From Rebecca billardiae RCC1528 (lineage: Eukaryota; Protista; Haptophyta): 64,000 nucleotides of DNA. The stretch lies in contig OZ251225.1 in assembly GCA_965240325.2 (NCBI GenBank), forward strand, positions 2,232,001 through 2,296,000, in the 5' to 3' direction. The notes under the pieces are model-generated. The model ran no database searches. It was not told where the DNA came from and saw only the letters and a program-made list of their open reading frames with translations. The translations under genes and the position numbers were made by a program. Of this stretch, positions 1 through 10,975 are shown in pieces (the first letter of the stretch is position 1; every line of letters starts with the position of its first letter).

Positions 1-314
1 ACCTGCTGCGGCACGGGCGGTGGTGGCGACGGCGGCGAGAGCTGCAGTGGCACGCGCGCAACGTGTGAGTCCGAGCTCGGCGTATGTTGCCACGTCATGG
101 GTGTGCCTGCCGCTCTTTGAGGCGTGCCCTGCAAGCCGAGGGACATCAGCGCAAGGAGCGGGCCGCTGCCTGCGATGAGGAGAACGAGCCCGATCGTACC
201 GACAGCGAAGCAGAGCCACGGCCGATGCACCCTGCCCACACCCTCCTCCAGGTTGGCGGCGACAATGGCGGCGCCCTCATCAAAATTTGCCGCCACCACA
301 GCAGTGGTCGTCAT
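1..314 (-). CDS. 5' part of a putative membrane-anchored protein, running off the window edge
   Basis: Minus-strand frame open from ATG at 314 to the edge: MTTTAVVAANFDEG...WLCFAVGTIGLVLLIAGSGPLLALMSLGL (hydrophobic segment)...SPPSPPPPVPQQ. Not in the ORF track because no stop lies in the window. Confidence 0.45.
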   Translation of the reverse strand, partial: MTTTAVVAANFDEGAAIVAANLEEGVGRVHRPWLCFAVGTIGLVLLIAGSGPLLALMSLGLQGTPQRAAGTPMTWQHTPSSDSHVARVPLQLSPPSPPPPVPQQ

Positions 315-732
315 AGCGATGGCCGCCCCCTTCTTAAAATACGTAGCTGCAGTTTACCCGCTTACTTATTGTCTGGGCGCGCGCAGCCGACGCGCGGTTC
401 TCGTCTGCCTGAGCTGTGTGCGTCTCTCACTCCCTGTGTGCAGCACTGCACTAGCCGCGCAGTGATCATCACTCTCCGAGTCAATCTGTCTCTGAGTGAG
501 ACTGAGTCTCTGAAACTGAAGACCTGGTACTAGTGGTACTCTGAAACGTCGCGGGCCAGCTGACGCCCGTGAGGCGTGACGGCCCGCCAGACGCTGAGAG
601 CCGCCCGAGACCCGGATGTAAGTAATACGTATATATACTAACTAATGTAGCAGTCAATGACCGGCACCCGACACTCCATCACAGTCCGGACATCGTTACG
701 ATGGTGATGGTCAGTCGTCACTCGTCAGCATA

Positions 733-2055
733 CTACTCGTCGTTGATGTCGTCGTTTATGGCCATGCTGACAGCGGGTCCTGCGGGCACTGCCGTTTCCG
801 TCCGGGCCTGCGCTGCCTGTGCATCATCGCCCCCTGCCACCGATCTTGCCGGGACGCTCGCAGCGCCGTCGAGCCGGGCCCCGGCGGCGGGAGCACGCAA
901 TACCGCGCCACGCGACGCCGGCTGCCACGGCTCGAGGGCGAGCTCAGCGTCCGGCATGAGTGCGACGGTGACGGCGGCCTCGACGATATCCGAGCCCTTC
1001 AGCCTGGCCCCCGGGAGCGCTGGCAGGACCGGCATCCCGTGGTCCATGTCGTTGGCGATGATCGCCAGCGACTGCGGCAGCAGCGCGTCGGCGACGCACA
1101 CGAGCCCATCATTCTCCGCGCCGTGCATGCGCGACACATACAGGTTCGTCAGCGCGAGCGCGTGCGCGAGGGAGCGCGGCGCGCGCGAGCCGAGCGAGAC
1201 GACGCGGATGCTCGGGTGCAGCGCGCGCAGGTGGTCGTGCGCGGCGAGCACGGCTCGGCGGTGCCGGTACGTCATGTCGTGCAGCGAGCTGATCCCCAGA
1301 TCGAAGCGCTGGAGCAGCTGCTCGAGCACCTGCGACGCGGCCGGGTTGCCGTGCATGATGTCCTCGGCGATCGCCGCGCCGCCGAAGGGCGCCTGCAGGC
1401 TCACGACGGCGTGCGTCACGCGGCGCAGCTCCGGGTACAGCGCGAGCGCGAGCGAGGTGTCGATCATGCCCTTGGAGTGCGCGATGATCACGAGCTTGCG
1501 CCCGCCCGAGCCGCGGTGGATGTTGGTGAGCGCGAGCCGGAGGCGCGCGGCGTTGAGCGAGGCGGACGCGTCAGTCGAGCTGTCCAGACTGACGTACCGC
1601 GCATCCAGCCCGAGGTGGCGGAGCCGGTCGAGCGCCTGCCGGAAGTAGCCCACCACCGTGTTTGCAAAGAGGCCGGGTACGAAGATGTAGACGTAGCGCG
1701 AGTCGAGGGCGGACGAGTGGACGTTCGCCTGCACGTGCGCGAGGACGCGGTAGAAGGCGGAGGTGGCGTTCGCCCGCGGCGGCGGGAGCTCGCGGAGCGT
1801 CCAGCCCACGTCCTCCGCGGGCGAGGGGATGGGCAGGCGGCGCTGCCAGCGGCGCATCACGGAGCCGGTCCTGTCGACAAGCGTCGTCCAGAGCCCGGAT
1901 GCGGGCGGCTGCTGGTCGCCGTACACCACGTCGAGGTACGCCGCCGACGTGTCGCCCGACGCCGGCGGGCGCGAGGCCCCCGGCGCGCCGCCACGCGCTG
2001 CCGCACCGCCGAGTGCGAGGAGCGACAGCACGCGGTAGCTCGTTGGCGGCTGCAT
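733..2055 (-). CDS. Secreted alpha/beta-hydrolase (lipase/esterase-like)
   Basis: 440 aa. N-terminal hydrophobic signal, oxyanion-region FVPGLF, nucleophile elbow AHSKG, QAPFGG, NDGLV (acid) and DHG (His). Confidence 0.85.
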   Translation of the reverse strand: MQPPTSYRVLSLLALGGAAARGGAPGASRPPASGDTSAAYLDVVYGDQQPPASGLWTTLVDRTGSVMRRWQRRLPIPSPAEDVGWTLRELPPPRANATSAFYRVLAHVQANVHSSALDSRYVYIFVPGLFANTVVGYFRQALDRLRHLGLDARYVSLDSSTDASASLNAARLRLALTNIHRGSGGRKLVIIAHSKGMIDTSLALALYPELRRVTHAVVSLQAPFGGAAIAEDIMHGNPAASQVLEQLLQRFDLGISSLHDMTYRHRRAVLAAHDHLRALHPSIRVVSLGSRAPRSLAHALALTNLYVSRMHGAENDGLVCVADALLPQSLAIIANDMDHGMPVLPALPGARLKGSDIVEAAVTVALMPDAELALEPWQPASRGAVLRAPAAGARLDGAASVPARSVAGGDDAQAAQARTETAVPAGPAVSMAINDDINDE

Positions 2056-2170
2056 GCTGCCCCGCTTCCGAGACCGAGACCGCCAGGGCCCTGCAGGCGA
2101 GCGTTCGTTCGAAACCTGCGTCAGGATCGGCGGACGAGCCGACGGGCACCGTCATCGGCATGCGGCGGTG

Positions 2171-5100
2171 ATGCTCGACGCCGCGGGCGCGAGCGAGCGC
2201 GCGCTGGTTGACGAGCTGCACACGCGGCTGCTCTCTCTCCGCGCGGAGTCCGCGCCACCGCTGCCCTCCACGCCGAGCCGGCCGCTTGCCGAGCCCACAG
2301 CGCTCGCGGGCACGCACGGCGCGGGCGCACACACGCCCGCGACGCATCGCAGCCAGCGCTGGGCGGGCGCGCTCCTCGCGAGCGCGCAGGAGGAGAACGA
2401 GGTGCTCAGCGTGGAGGTCGAGACACTTCGCGCGCAGCTCACCGCTGTCCGTCACGAGCGCGACGCCGCCGCCGCCTCGGCCGCCGCGAGCGCACTCGAC
2501 GTGGCGCACGCGGACGCAGCGCGCGACGCGGCTGCGCTGCGCGCCGACCTGCGCGCGGCGCGTGAGGCACGGGAGGCGCTCTTGGATCAGAAGGAGCAGC
2601 TCGCTGCTGCATCCTCCACCTCGCTCGAGGCGCTCCGCGCGCAGCTCGCCGACGCCCACGCCGAGCGCGACGCCGCGCGCGCCGCGCGCGCCTCGGATCG
2701 CGCAACGCTGAGCGCGCTGAGCGAGACGGTGGCGGCGCTGCAGGCGGCGGTTGAGAGGGCGCGGCGCGACGCGCTGGCCAGTGGGGAGGAGGGCGCCGCG
2801 CAGCGCGCCGCGCTCGACTCGCTCGCCGAGCGCGAGCGCGCCGCGCACGCGCATGCGCAGGACGAGCTGAGGCGGGCGCTCGATGCGGCGGAGGCGCGCG
2901 CCGCGCGCGCAGAGGCGGCGTGCGCGGCGGTGGCGGAGCGGCTGGACGGCGCGCGCCAGGCGGAGGAGACGGCGCGCGCCGAGCTGGGCGGCGCGCGCAC
3001 GCTCGCCCACGCCACCGCCGCCGAGCTCAGCACCCTCCGCGAGGAGCGCGCGCGGCTGACCGAGGCGGTGGGCTCAGCTGAGAGCGAGCTGCAAGCGGCA
3101 GCTGCCGGCGCGGAGGAGCGCCGGGCGGCCGCCGAGCGCGACGCGGCGGAGGCGCGCGCGGAGCGAGCGCGCGCGCTCAAGCGCGCAGAGGGGGAGGCGC
3201 GGCGTGCCGACGCGGCGGAGGCCGACGCTTCGCGCTGGCGCGCGGCGCACGAGGCGGCCGTTACGGACGTTTCCGAGAAAGGTCGCGCGCTGGACGCGGA
3301 GCGCGCGAGCGTGGCAGACGCCAAGGTCGCCGTCGCCGCGGCCGAGGGGAGGCTGCACGCGGCGCTCCGCGTGGCGCGCGCGCGCGAGCTCGCGCTGCTC
3401 GGCGCGCTCGCCGACGCCGACGCCGACGTGCACGCCGCCGGTGGCGCGGTGCGCGCCACGGAGGGCGCTGCCCACGAGGCCCTTCGCCAGTCACGCTCTG
3501 AGGCGGCCGCCGCGGCCGCGGCCGCGGCCGAGGCCGAGGCGCGCGCCGAGGCGGCGGCGGCGGAGCTGGCGAGTGCGCAGCAGGCCAGCCGGCTGGTTGC
3601 GCGCGCTGCATCGCGCCGACGCGCGCTCAGCGCCGAGGCCATCCGCCGCGCACGCGCCGACGCCGACGCCGCCGCAGCGGACATGGCCGATCGGTCCCAA
3701 CTTGTGCGTGCGCTTGCGGAAGCTTCTCGGAACCTCGGAAGCCTGCTGGCCGCCGATGGCGCCGCGGGCGGCGGTGCCGACGGCGGCGAGTGGGCGGGCC
3801 AGCGCGGCGGCGGCGATGGCGCCGGCATCGGGCTGTACGAGCTCGCGCGCGCCGCGTCCGCCAGCGCCGCGCTGCGCGCCGACGCGGATGCTGCCGCGGC
3901 CGCGCGCGACGCGGCTGTCGCGGCCGCGCGCGCCGACGCAGACGGGGCGCGCGCGCTCGCGGCCACAGCGCGAGTGCAGGCGGCGACGCTGCTGGTCGAG
4001 GTCGGGCGCGTCGAGGGCGCGTCGGTGCAGCTGCGCGAGACCGTGCCGTGGCTTGTCGAGGAGGTGCGCGGCGGCCACGCCGCGCTCGCTCACGCCTCCG
4101 ACGAGCTCGACGCCGCGGCCGCGCGGATCGCAGAGTTGGAAGGCGCGTTGGAATTGACAGCGGCGGAGCGCGGCGCGGCGGTGGCGGAGGCGGCAGAGGC
4201 GGCGGCGAGCGCGGGCGCGGAGGGCGAGCGCGCGGCGGAGGCGCGCGCGCGCGCCGAGGCCGCCGAGGCGCGTGTCGACGTCGTCGAGCAGGCACGCGCC
4301 GCGGCTGAGCTCGCCACCACCGCCGCCGAGCAGGACGCTGCCAGTCGCGTCACCGCCGCGGCCTCGGCCGCGGCCGAGCACGCCGCGCGCGCGGCGCGAG
4401 AGGCGGCGCGCGCGGACGTGACGGGCGCCGCGCTTGCGGCAGTGATCCGCGAGCTCGAATCGGAGCACACGGCGCGACCGCGAGCGCCGTCGGCTCGCCG
4501 AGGCGCACAGCTCGGCCGTGGCGTGGCCGGCGGCCGTGGCGCGCCGCGCGCCGCGCGCGCTGATGACACGCGCGGCGCCTCGAGTGACAACGATGCGGAC
4601 TTCGACGCTGAGCCGGAGGTGGAGGCGGAGGCGGAGGCGGAGGCGGAGGCGGAGGCGGAGGCGGAGGCGGAGGCGGAGGCGGAGGAGGACTACTTGGGCG
4701 AGGAGAAGGAAGGGGCGCGAGAGGGCGCGCCGCTGAGCGGCGTGGGCACGCCGCCGAGAGCCGCCGCATGGCGCGCACAGCAAGCCGGCGCGGGCGCGGG
4801 CGTGGGCGCTCGCAATCGAGGCGCTCTGCTCGGCAGTGGCGGGCGCGCGCGGCCTCGCAGCGGCGTGGCGGCGGGTGGCGCGCGGCGTGGCGGCGCGCGT
4901 AGCGCGCGAGCGCTCGTCGGCGCGGCGGCGGCCCTCGAGATCGAGATCGAGTCGAGATTGCTCCGGCGGGAGCTGCATGCCGCCGAGGCTTCGCTGGGCG
5001 CGGCGGTTAATGACGATCGCGAGGCTGTGGCGATTGAGCGCGCGCGCGCCGACGCGCTGCAGCGGGCGGCAGACGCCGCCGACTCGCAGAGTGCCGAGAG

Positions 5101-6669
5101 CAAGCGCGCGCTGAGTGAGGCGCGTGCGGATGCGCAGGTGCGCGCGCGCGCCCGGCGCCGCGCGGGGCGCGCGTGGGCGGTCGCACCGGTACGCGCGCGC
5201 GCGCCGGCGCGTGCAGTCCACGCCCACGCGCGCACGCTCCTCGCCCCTGCGCCGGTACGCGCCCGCGCGCCGCGCGCCCCAGGCGCAGGCGGACTTGGTG
5301 GCGACAGTGCGAGCGCTCACGCGCGCGCGGCAACGCCTGGAGTCGCAGCTGCAGACAGAGGTGGCGCTGCGCGCCGAGGCGCAGGCGCGCGCGCAGGACG
5401 CCGCGCAGGCGCTCGAGGCCGCGACTGCCGGCGCGGCGCGGCGGGCCGTGGGGCCAGACGTTCACGTCGAGCTGGCACGCGCGCGCGCGCTCGGCTCCCG
5501 AGAGGCTGAGGCGCGCGCCGCGGCCGAGGCCGAGGTGGCTCGGCTGAGCGAGGAGCTGGAGGCCTGCCGCAAGCACGCGCGCGAGGCGACGCGCGCAAGG
5601 ACGGAGCTGGAGCGGCGAGTGGCACACGTGCGTGCGCCGCCGAGCGCGCGCGCGCCGTGCCCCTAGGGCAACCAACCGCCCGCGCGCCGCTGCGCCGCGG
5701 CCGCGGGCGCGCGCGGGCGCGCGGCGCGGCGCGCTCGATGCACCACGCCGCGCGCGCGGCCCGCCACTGACGGGCGCCGACGCGCGTGTGCTCGCGCACC
5801 ACGCCGCATCGCAGGCCGAGGGCGAGCGGCAGGAGACGGTGCAGCGCGCTCAGCTCGCGATCGACGCGGCCATCGTCGGCGGCCCGAGCGAAAGGCTCTC
5901 TCGGGAACAGACGCTTGCGGCCGCGCGGCGCGCGACCGGCCACGAGCCGTACGAGGAGGTGCTGCGGTGGGCACACGACGCGGGCGACGCGTGGCACGGC
6001 GGCGGCGGGGCGCCGACGGGCGCGCCCGTGCCCGAGTGGCTCGCCGAGGCGCAGCGCATCAGCGATGGCGACTCTCGGGCCCTCGGCGCCAGAGCTGCTG
6101 GCTCTTCAGATCGCGCCGTCGGCGCGGGTTGGGCGGTCGGCCTTGGTGCTGCCGACGCCGGCAGCAGCAGGCCTGGGCGCGCGAGCGGCTCCGCGGGCGG
6201 CGCAAGCCGCAGCTGGGGTAGCGGCCACGAGCTGCCCGTGCCTCTGCCGAGCACGCACCGAGTGAGCCGCTCGGCCTCTGCGGCCGCGCCCGGGCGAAAC
6301 GGCGGGCGGCCCGTCGCCGAGCCCGAGCCTACCCTTGGATCGATGCGGCTGGCGGGCGGCGCGGGCGGCGCTCATGGAGCTGCGGCAGCCGCGCCCTCGC
6401 TCCCGACACCGTACCGCTGCCGCACGAGCGTGGGCGCGCACCGAGCCTCGGCATCCGCGTGCGCCGCGTGGGACTCCAGCTCGAGAAGCGCGGGTGCGCA
6501 CGCCGCCGCCGCCTTGTGCTCGCCGCCGGCAGCGCGTAGCAGTGGCGGGGTGAGCGGAGCCGTCCCGCAGGTCGACTCGCCGCACACTCCGTCGGCGCTC
6601 GGGCGTAGTCCCGGCCTGTCGCCTCGACTCAGCTCACTCTTTGGCGGCGGCCCCGGAGGCGCGCTCTGA
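2171..6669 (+). CDS. Long Ala/Glu/Arg-rich coiled-coil protein, 3 exons (2171-5137, 5283-5627, 5815-6669)
   Basis: Three ORF-track frames are joined in phase 0 by GT-AG introns 5138-5282 and 5628-5814 (CTGAC branch site near 5767). Heptad-like composition and an (EA)n tract at ~4620-4685. Start codon uncertain (2054 or 2171). Confidence 0.7.
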
Positions 6670-6877
6670 AGAAGTCGCGGATAGCATCGTCTGTGTCGCG
6701 TGTGCATGTCTTTTTGTGTGTGAGTGTAGTGTGTGAATAGTGTGATGAAACTGAACGTTACGTAGGACTCAAGCTGCTTGTAACCGCCGCCGCATCGAGA
6801 AGTCGCCGCCCGGCGGGCGCGCCGCTGCGCGCCCGGCACGGCGGACGGGCGCCACTCCGCTTTCACCCCACGACGAA

Positions 6878-8089
6878 ATGGTGCCCGGCCGTGCGCTGGC
6901 GGTCGTGGGTGCCACTCTACTCACTCTTGCGACTCTGGTTGCAGTCGTCCTTCTCGGCTCTCTGCCGATTCGCGGTGGCTGGGCCGCCAAGGGCCCGGTG
7001 CACGTGCCGGCCACCGCGGACGCCACGATCTTCTTCATGTTCGACCAGACGTTTGCAAAGATGACAGACTGGCATGGCTTCGTGCCAGCCTCCGCGCTGA
7101 ACGCGTTCGCGACGGTGGCCACACTCGCGTCGAACCAGGCGCTACCTGGCTCTTATCCGGCGAAGGAGCTCTCCATCTGGGACGCGGTGGCGAACGCGTA
7201 CAACGCCTCCAAGCGGATGGAGCGCTTTGTCAACCTGTACTTCTCGTGTGCTGGCGGCGCATTCGCGCCGCTCTGTGCGTGCGACATCAAGAACGCGACA
7301 CAGACGCGCGCCGACTGCGCCGCTGGGATTGAGTCGTACATCCAAGCCACCTACCTCGCGCACGGTGTCTCTCTCGCTGGCATCAGCTTTGACAACGAGC
7401 AGGGCGATCCGAGCAAGATCGTGTACGGCATGGAGACGGTGGGCGCACGGCTCGGCCTCAAGCTGGCATGGACCGGCGCGCTCGCACACATGCGGGATCC
7501 CAACCCCGTTCCGAGCCAGTCAACTGTCGACTGGGACTACAGCCTCGGGCAGGCATACACCGAGGGGAACACGCAGCCGCTGTACGCGGCCGCCGGGTGC
7601 GCGGCGGTGCCCAACTTCTTCGAGGTGCTGGTGACGCAGCTGCGTGTGCTGCTCCCTGGGCCGCAGCCTTTCTGGCAGACGCACATGGTGCCGATGGTGT
7701 GCGGCGGCGGCAACTGCCAGGAGACGCCTGCCGACTACTACCACCCCGGCGGCAGCTGCGTCGACGAGCGTCTCCTTCCCAGCGCGCTGCAGGAGCTGCT
7801 CGCCCAGCCCAGGCCGAGCTCGTACGCGCTCCGCAACCTGGCCGTGTGGTACGGACGAATGCCAGCGCAGGCCATCGGTGGCGATGCGTGCTTCTGCTCG
7901 AAGACGGGAGCCGGCGTCGAGCAGTACATGTGGTGCCAGCTGTCGGACGTGACTGCGACCCATTGGGAGTCGAACTGCACGGCGTGCGACCCGGCACTTG
8001 GCGGGTCGTGCATCCCGTGGAAGCTGGCACCGCCCACATCGCCGTGCAGCTCAGCTCCCAGGAACGTGAAGTGCTACCCCATACCGTAA
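6878..8089 (+). CDS. Signal-anchored Cys-rich protein, possibly GH18/TIM-barrel glycoside hydrolase-like
   Basis: 403 aa with coding-type codon bias. N-terminal TM/signal, LAGISFDNE resembling the GH18 DGxDxDxE strand (partial match only), Cys-rich C-terminus. Confidence 0.6.
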   Translation: MVPGRALAVVGATLLTLATLVAVVLLGSLPIRGGWAAKGPVHVPATADATIFFMFDQTFAKMTDWHGFVPASALNAFATVATLASNQALPGSYPAKELSIWDAVANAYNASKRMERFVNLYFSCAGGAFAPLCACDIKNATQTRADCAAGIESYIQATYLAHGVSLAGISFDNEQGDPSKIVYGMETVGARLGLKLAWTGALAHMRDPNPVPSQSTVDWDYSLGQAYTEGNTQPLYAAAGCAAVPNFFEVLVTQLRVLLPGPQPFWQTHMVPMVCGGGNCQETPADYYHPGGSCVDERLLPSALQELLAQPRPSSYALRNLAVWYGRMPAQAIGGDACFCSKTGAGVEQYMWCQLSDVTATHWESNCTACDPALGGSCIPWKLAPPTSPCSSAPRNVKCYPIP

Positions 8090-8314
8090 TCGACGACCGA
8101 CGGCAGTTGATCCTTGCTGCGCATGCACCGCCCATCGTCACTATATATATAGCTTATTCACGGCAGTAAATCGTCAGAACTACGTCAGTACGTATTACTG
8201 CGCTATTCATAATTCAAGACGAACGACTAGCTGCTGCTTGGTACGACTATAGATGATGATGAGTCTGCTGATGAATAGTCGCGTATATATCAGGAGCAGC
8301 TGCTGTCGCACATA

Positions 8315-10701
8315 TATGACCGCGTTCCGCGGTCCTTCCGTAGAACCAACGTAGTTAGGGGCCCGCGGTGCACCCTCCGTCGGCATATGCTGTCCGTCCA
8401 ACGCGCGGCCGTAGCGGCAGCAGCAGCGCGGAGCGCCGTCGAGCACGCGCAGGCAAACGAATAATGGAATATTATGCAGCGCGGGCGAGTCGACGGTCTG
8501 GAAAATGCGCGATCACGCCACAGCAGGCTGGCAGAGCCCGCCCCGAGCTGCAGCATGCGCCGTAGGTGCTGCCCCAAGCTCTCGACTGCCCGTAAGCGGC
8601 GGCATGTGCGGCGGCGCCGGCGGCGGCCATGCTGCCCCACCGTTGCGCGCCGCGGGGCGCTGCCAGCACCTCCGTGGTGAAGCGCACAGCGCTCGAGCCC
8701 ACAGGGGCTGGCGACCGTCAAACCGACACCCCATGACACGGGCCGGGGCTGCGTGTGCCAGCTGCACGCACCCCCTGGGCCCACCTGGCCCGCTCGAGCA
8801 GCTCGCGCCTTGGGTGCGCACAGCGGCTCGAGTATACTGGTATGGGACGCCTGCTGCGGTGCCGCCGAGCGAGCACGTGCGGCCGAGGGTCACGCAGCAC
8901 GGGCGACTCGACGGCGGCGAGCAGGCGCGACGGCCTCGCCGCGCCGCGGTAGAGCCTGCCCGGGCTGCAGCACGCCGTAGGAGCAGCCCAGCGCCCTCCT
9001 CCGCCCTCCAGCTTCGGCGCGCGCAGCAGGCCCGGCGGCGGACATGCTGGCGTGCCCAAGCAAGCAGGCAGATGGGCGCTGCCGGCCGCGCCGTCGCAAA
9101 GCGCGCAGAACTCGAGCTCGGGGGGGCGGACGGCCGCCAAACTGGCGCCGCAGGACGTGGCACTGCGTGCGCCAGCTGCGCGCACCCGCTGCGCCCGCGT
9201 AGCCCGTGCGAGCGCCGCGCCTCGAGCACACGCCGCAGCAGCTCGACACAGCCACTGCAGCGCGCACGCAGCCTGCACGGAGCTTGCACGCCGTGGCCCG
9301 TCGGCATCTTGGAAGCCGCCGAGAGCGTGTGCTTTCCCCGCACGACGGCGGTAGCTGCCGCGATGTATACGAGCGTGCTGCCGCGCCGGCCGCCGCTGCC
9401 CGGCCGCTGCGCCGGCTTCCACTCCGCGCCCGCTGCGCGTCCGCAGCAGTGGCAGCTGCGCCCGCCGTCAGCCGGCCCGGTGGCCAGCTGCCGCGCTCGC
9501 TGGGCGACCACTCGATGATGCGCGCAGCGTAAAGTGCGCGCTGGGCACCTCCTCGTCGCGTGCAATTTCGAGGTAGTCCTGCATCTGCTCCTGCATCAGC
9601 CCCTCCCACCCTGCGCGCGGGCGCGGACGGAGTCGCACGCACGCGGTCCGCGCGGGCCGCGGCGGGACGGGCGTCGACGCGCAGGTTAGGTAGGTATGGT
9701 GCCGGCGCTTCCCGCAGGCGTTGCGCGCTTGGGGCGAGTGGGGCGCGTGGGCGAGACCAGCGGCCAGCCAGCCCACGCCACCGGCGCGAGGGCACCGGCG
9801 CGGCGCGCACACACACTTTGGGCCGCGGACCTGGTCGCGGGGCCGCCGCGCGGCTGCGTGACCGGCAGCTGTGAGTGAGCTGATCGAGTGAGCAAGCCGA
9901 ATGCGCGTCCGGAGGTACCTGCAGGCGCGCTCGGGGAGGGCCGAGGGCGATAGGTCGAGACCAGCGGCCGGCCGGCACCCGTCGCGCACGCACTCGGTGC
10001 GCGCCTTTGAAGGCAGCATCCTCGCTCGGGCCGATGTCGTCGCGCCGCTCGCGAGCACGAGACAGCTGACAGGCGGGTAACTTGGTTGTGACAAGCGCTA
10101 TTCAAAAGAATATCTTTCAATATTATCCAGGCGGTTCATCCATCGAGGCAAGCGGGTAACTGGCTTGAAATAGCGCTATTCAAAAGAATCTCTCTTCAAT
10201 ATGATGAGGAGGTTCATCCAACGAGACAGGTGGGTAACTTGGTTTAAAAGCGCTATTCAAAAGAATATCTTTCAATACCATGAGGCGGTTCATCCATCGA
10301 GACAGGCGGGTAACTTCTGTTCGCAAGCGCTAAAATTCAAAAGAATCTGGCCTCATAGCTGTTTTCGACCCAAAACAATCAAACGTCGCTCGGCAAACTC
10401 GTACTCCAGCATACAAGAAGGACAAAAATACTCACTTGTTTCACCCCCGGGGTATCTGATCCCACGTCCGTCCATCGACTTATGCGGAATGGCGTGGGCG
10501 CGCTTATTTCGTCAAGCGCGTAGTTGCTAATGCAGAGCACTATGGGCCAACGTACCCCTCGAAAAATCGAAAACTCACCCTCCAACAGCCCTCAAAATCG
10601 TCCCCCATCCCCTTTTCTTTGATCAAAAGATCTTTTTGACAACGTAGTGAGGGCCCCCGGCGGGGCTCCACGCTACGCGCTCCGCCCTGCACCGCGGGCC
10701 A
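8315..10701 (-). mobile_element. Non-autonomous Helentron/Helitron2-like element, copy 1
   Basis: Terminal hairpin GACCGCG-TTC-CGCGGTC (8318-8334). Asymmetric inverted repeat GGCCCGCGGTGCA (8360-8372) / TGCACCGCGGGCC (10688-10700). Ends shared with three other loci in the window, no TSD, internal ~76 bp tandem repeats. Confidence 0.75.
10070..10350. repeat. About 4 copies of a ~76 bp tandem repeat inside element copy 1
   Basis: Recurring GGGTAACTTGG...AAGCGCTATTCAAAAGAAT...GGTTCATCCATCGAG. A homologous array lies at ~43670-43925. Confidence 0.85.
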
Positions 10702-10975
10702 TGACGTACACTGCTATACCGCCTGCTTATAGCGGCTACTACTACGGTACTAACTACGGCACTGTCGCGTAGCAGTCTGATGATCGTCACTATATCGTCA
10801 TCCTGACGACGATCGATCGTCATCGTCCTCATCAGCAAGCAGCGCATAGGCGGCGTGCACGACACGCTGCTAGCAATAGCCGATGACTGTAGTAGTTTAC
10901 GTCACTGTCAAGTCGTATCTACTGAACGACTTGTTGACGACGACGAAGTGCTCAGCACGGCGGCGCGCCCATCAT

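Noticed and set aside
10070-10350. CRISPR-like or snoRNA array
   Set aside because: Whole ~76 bp units are homologous, with no unique spacers, and they lie within a transposon-like element.
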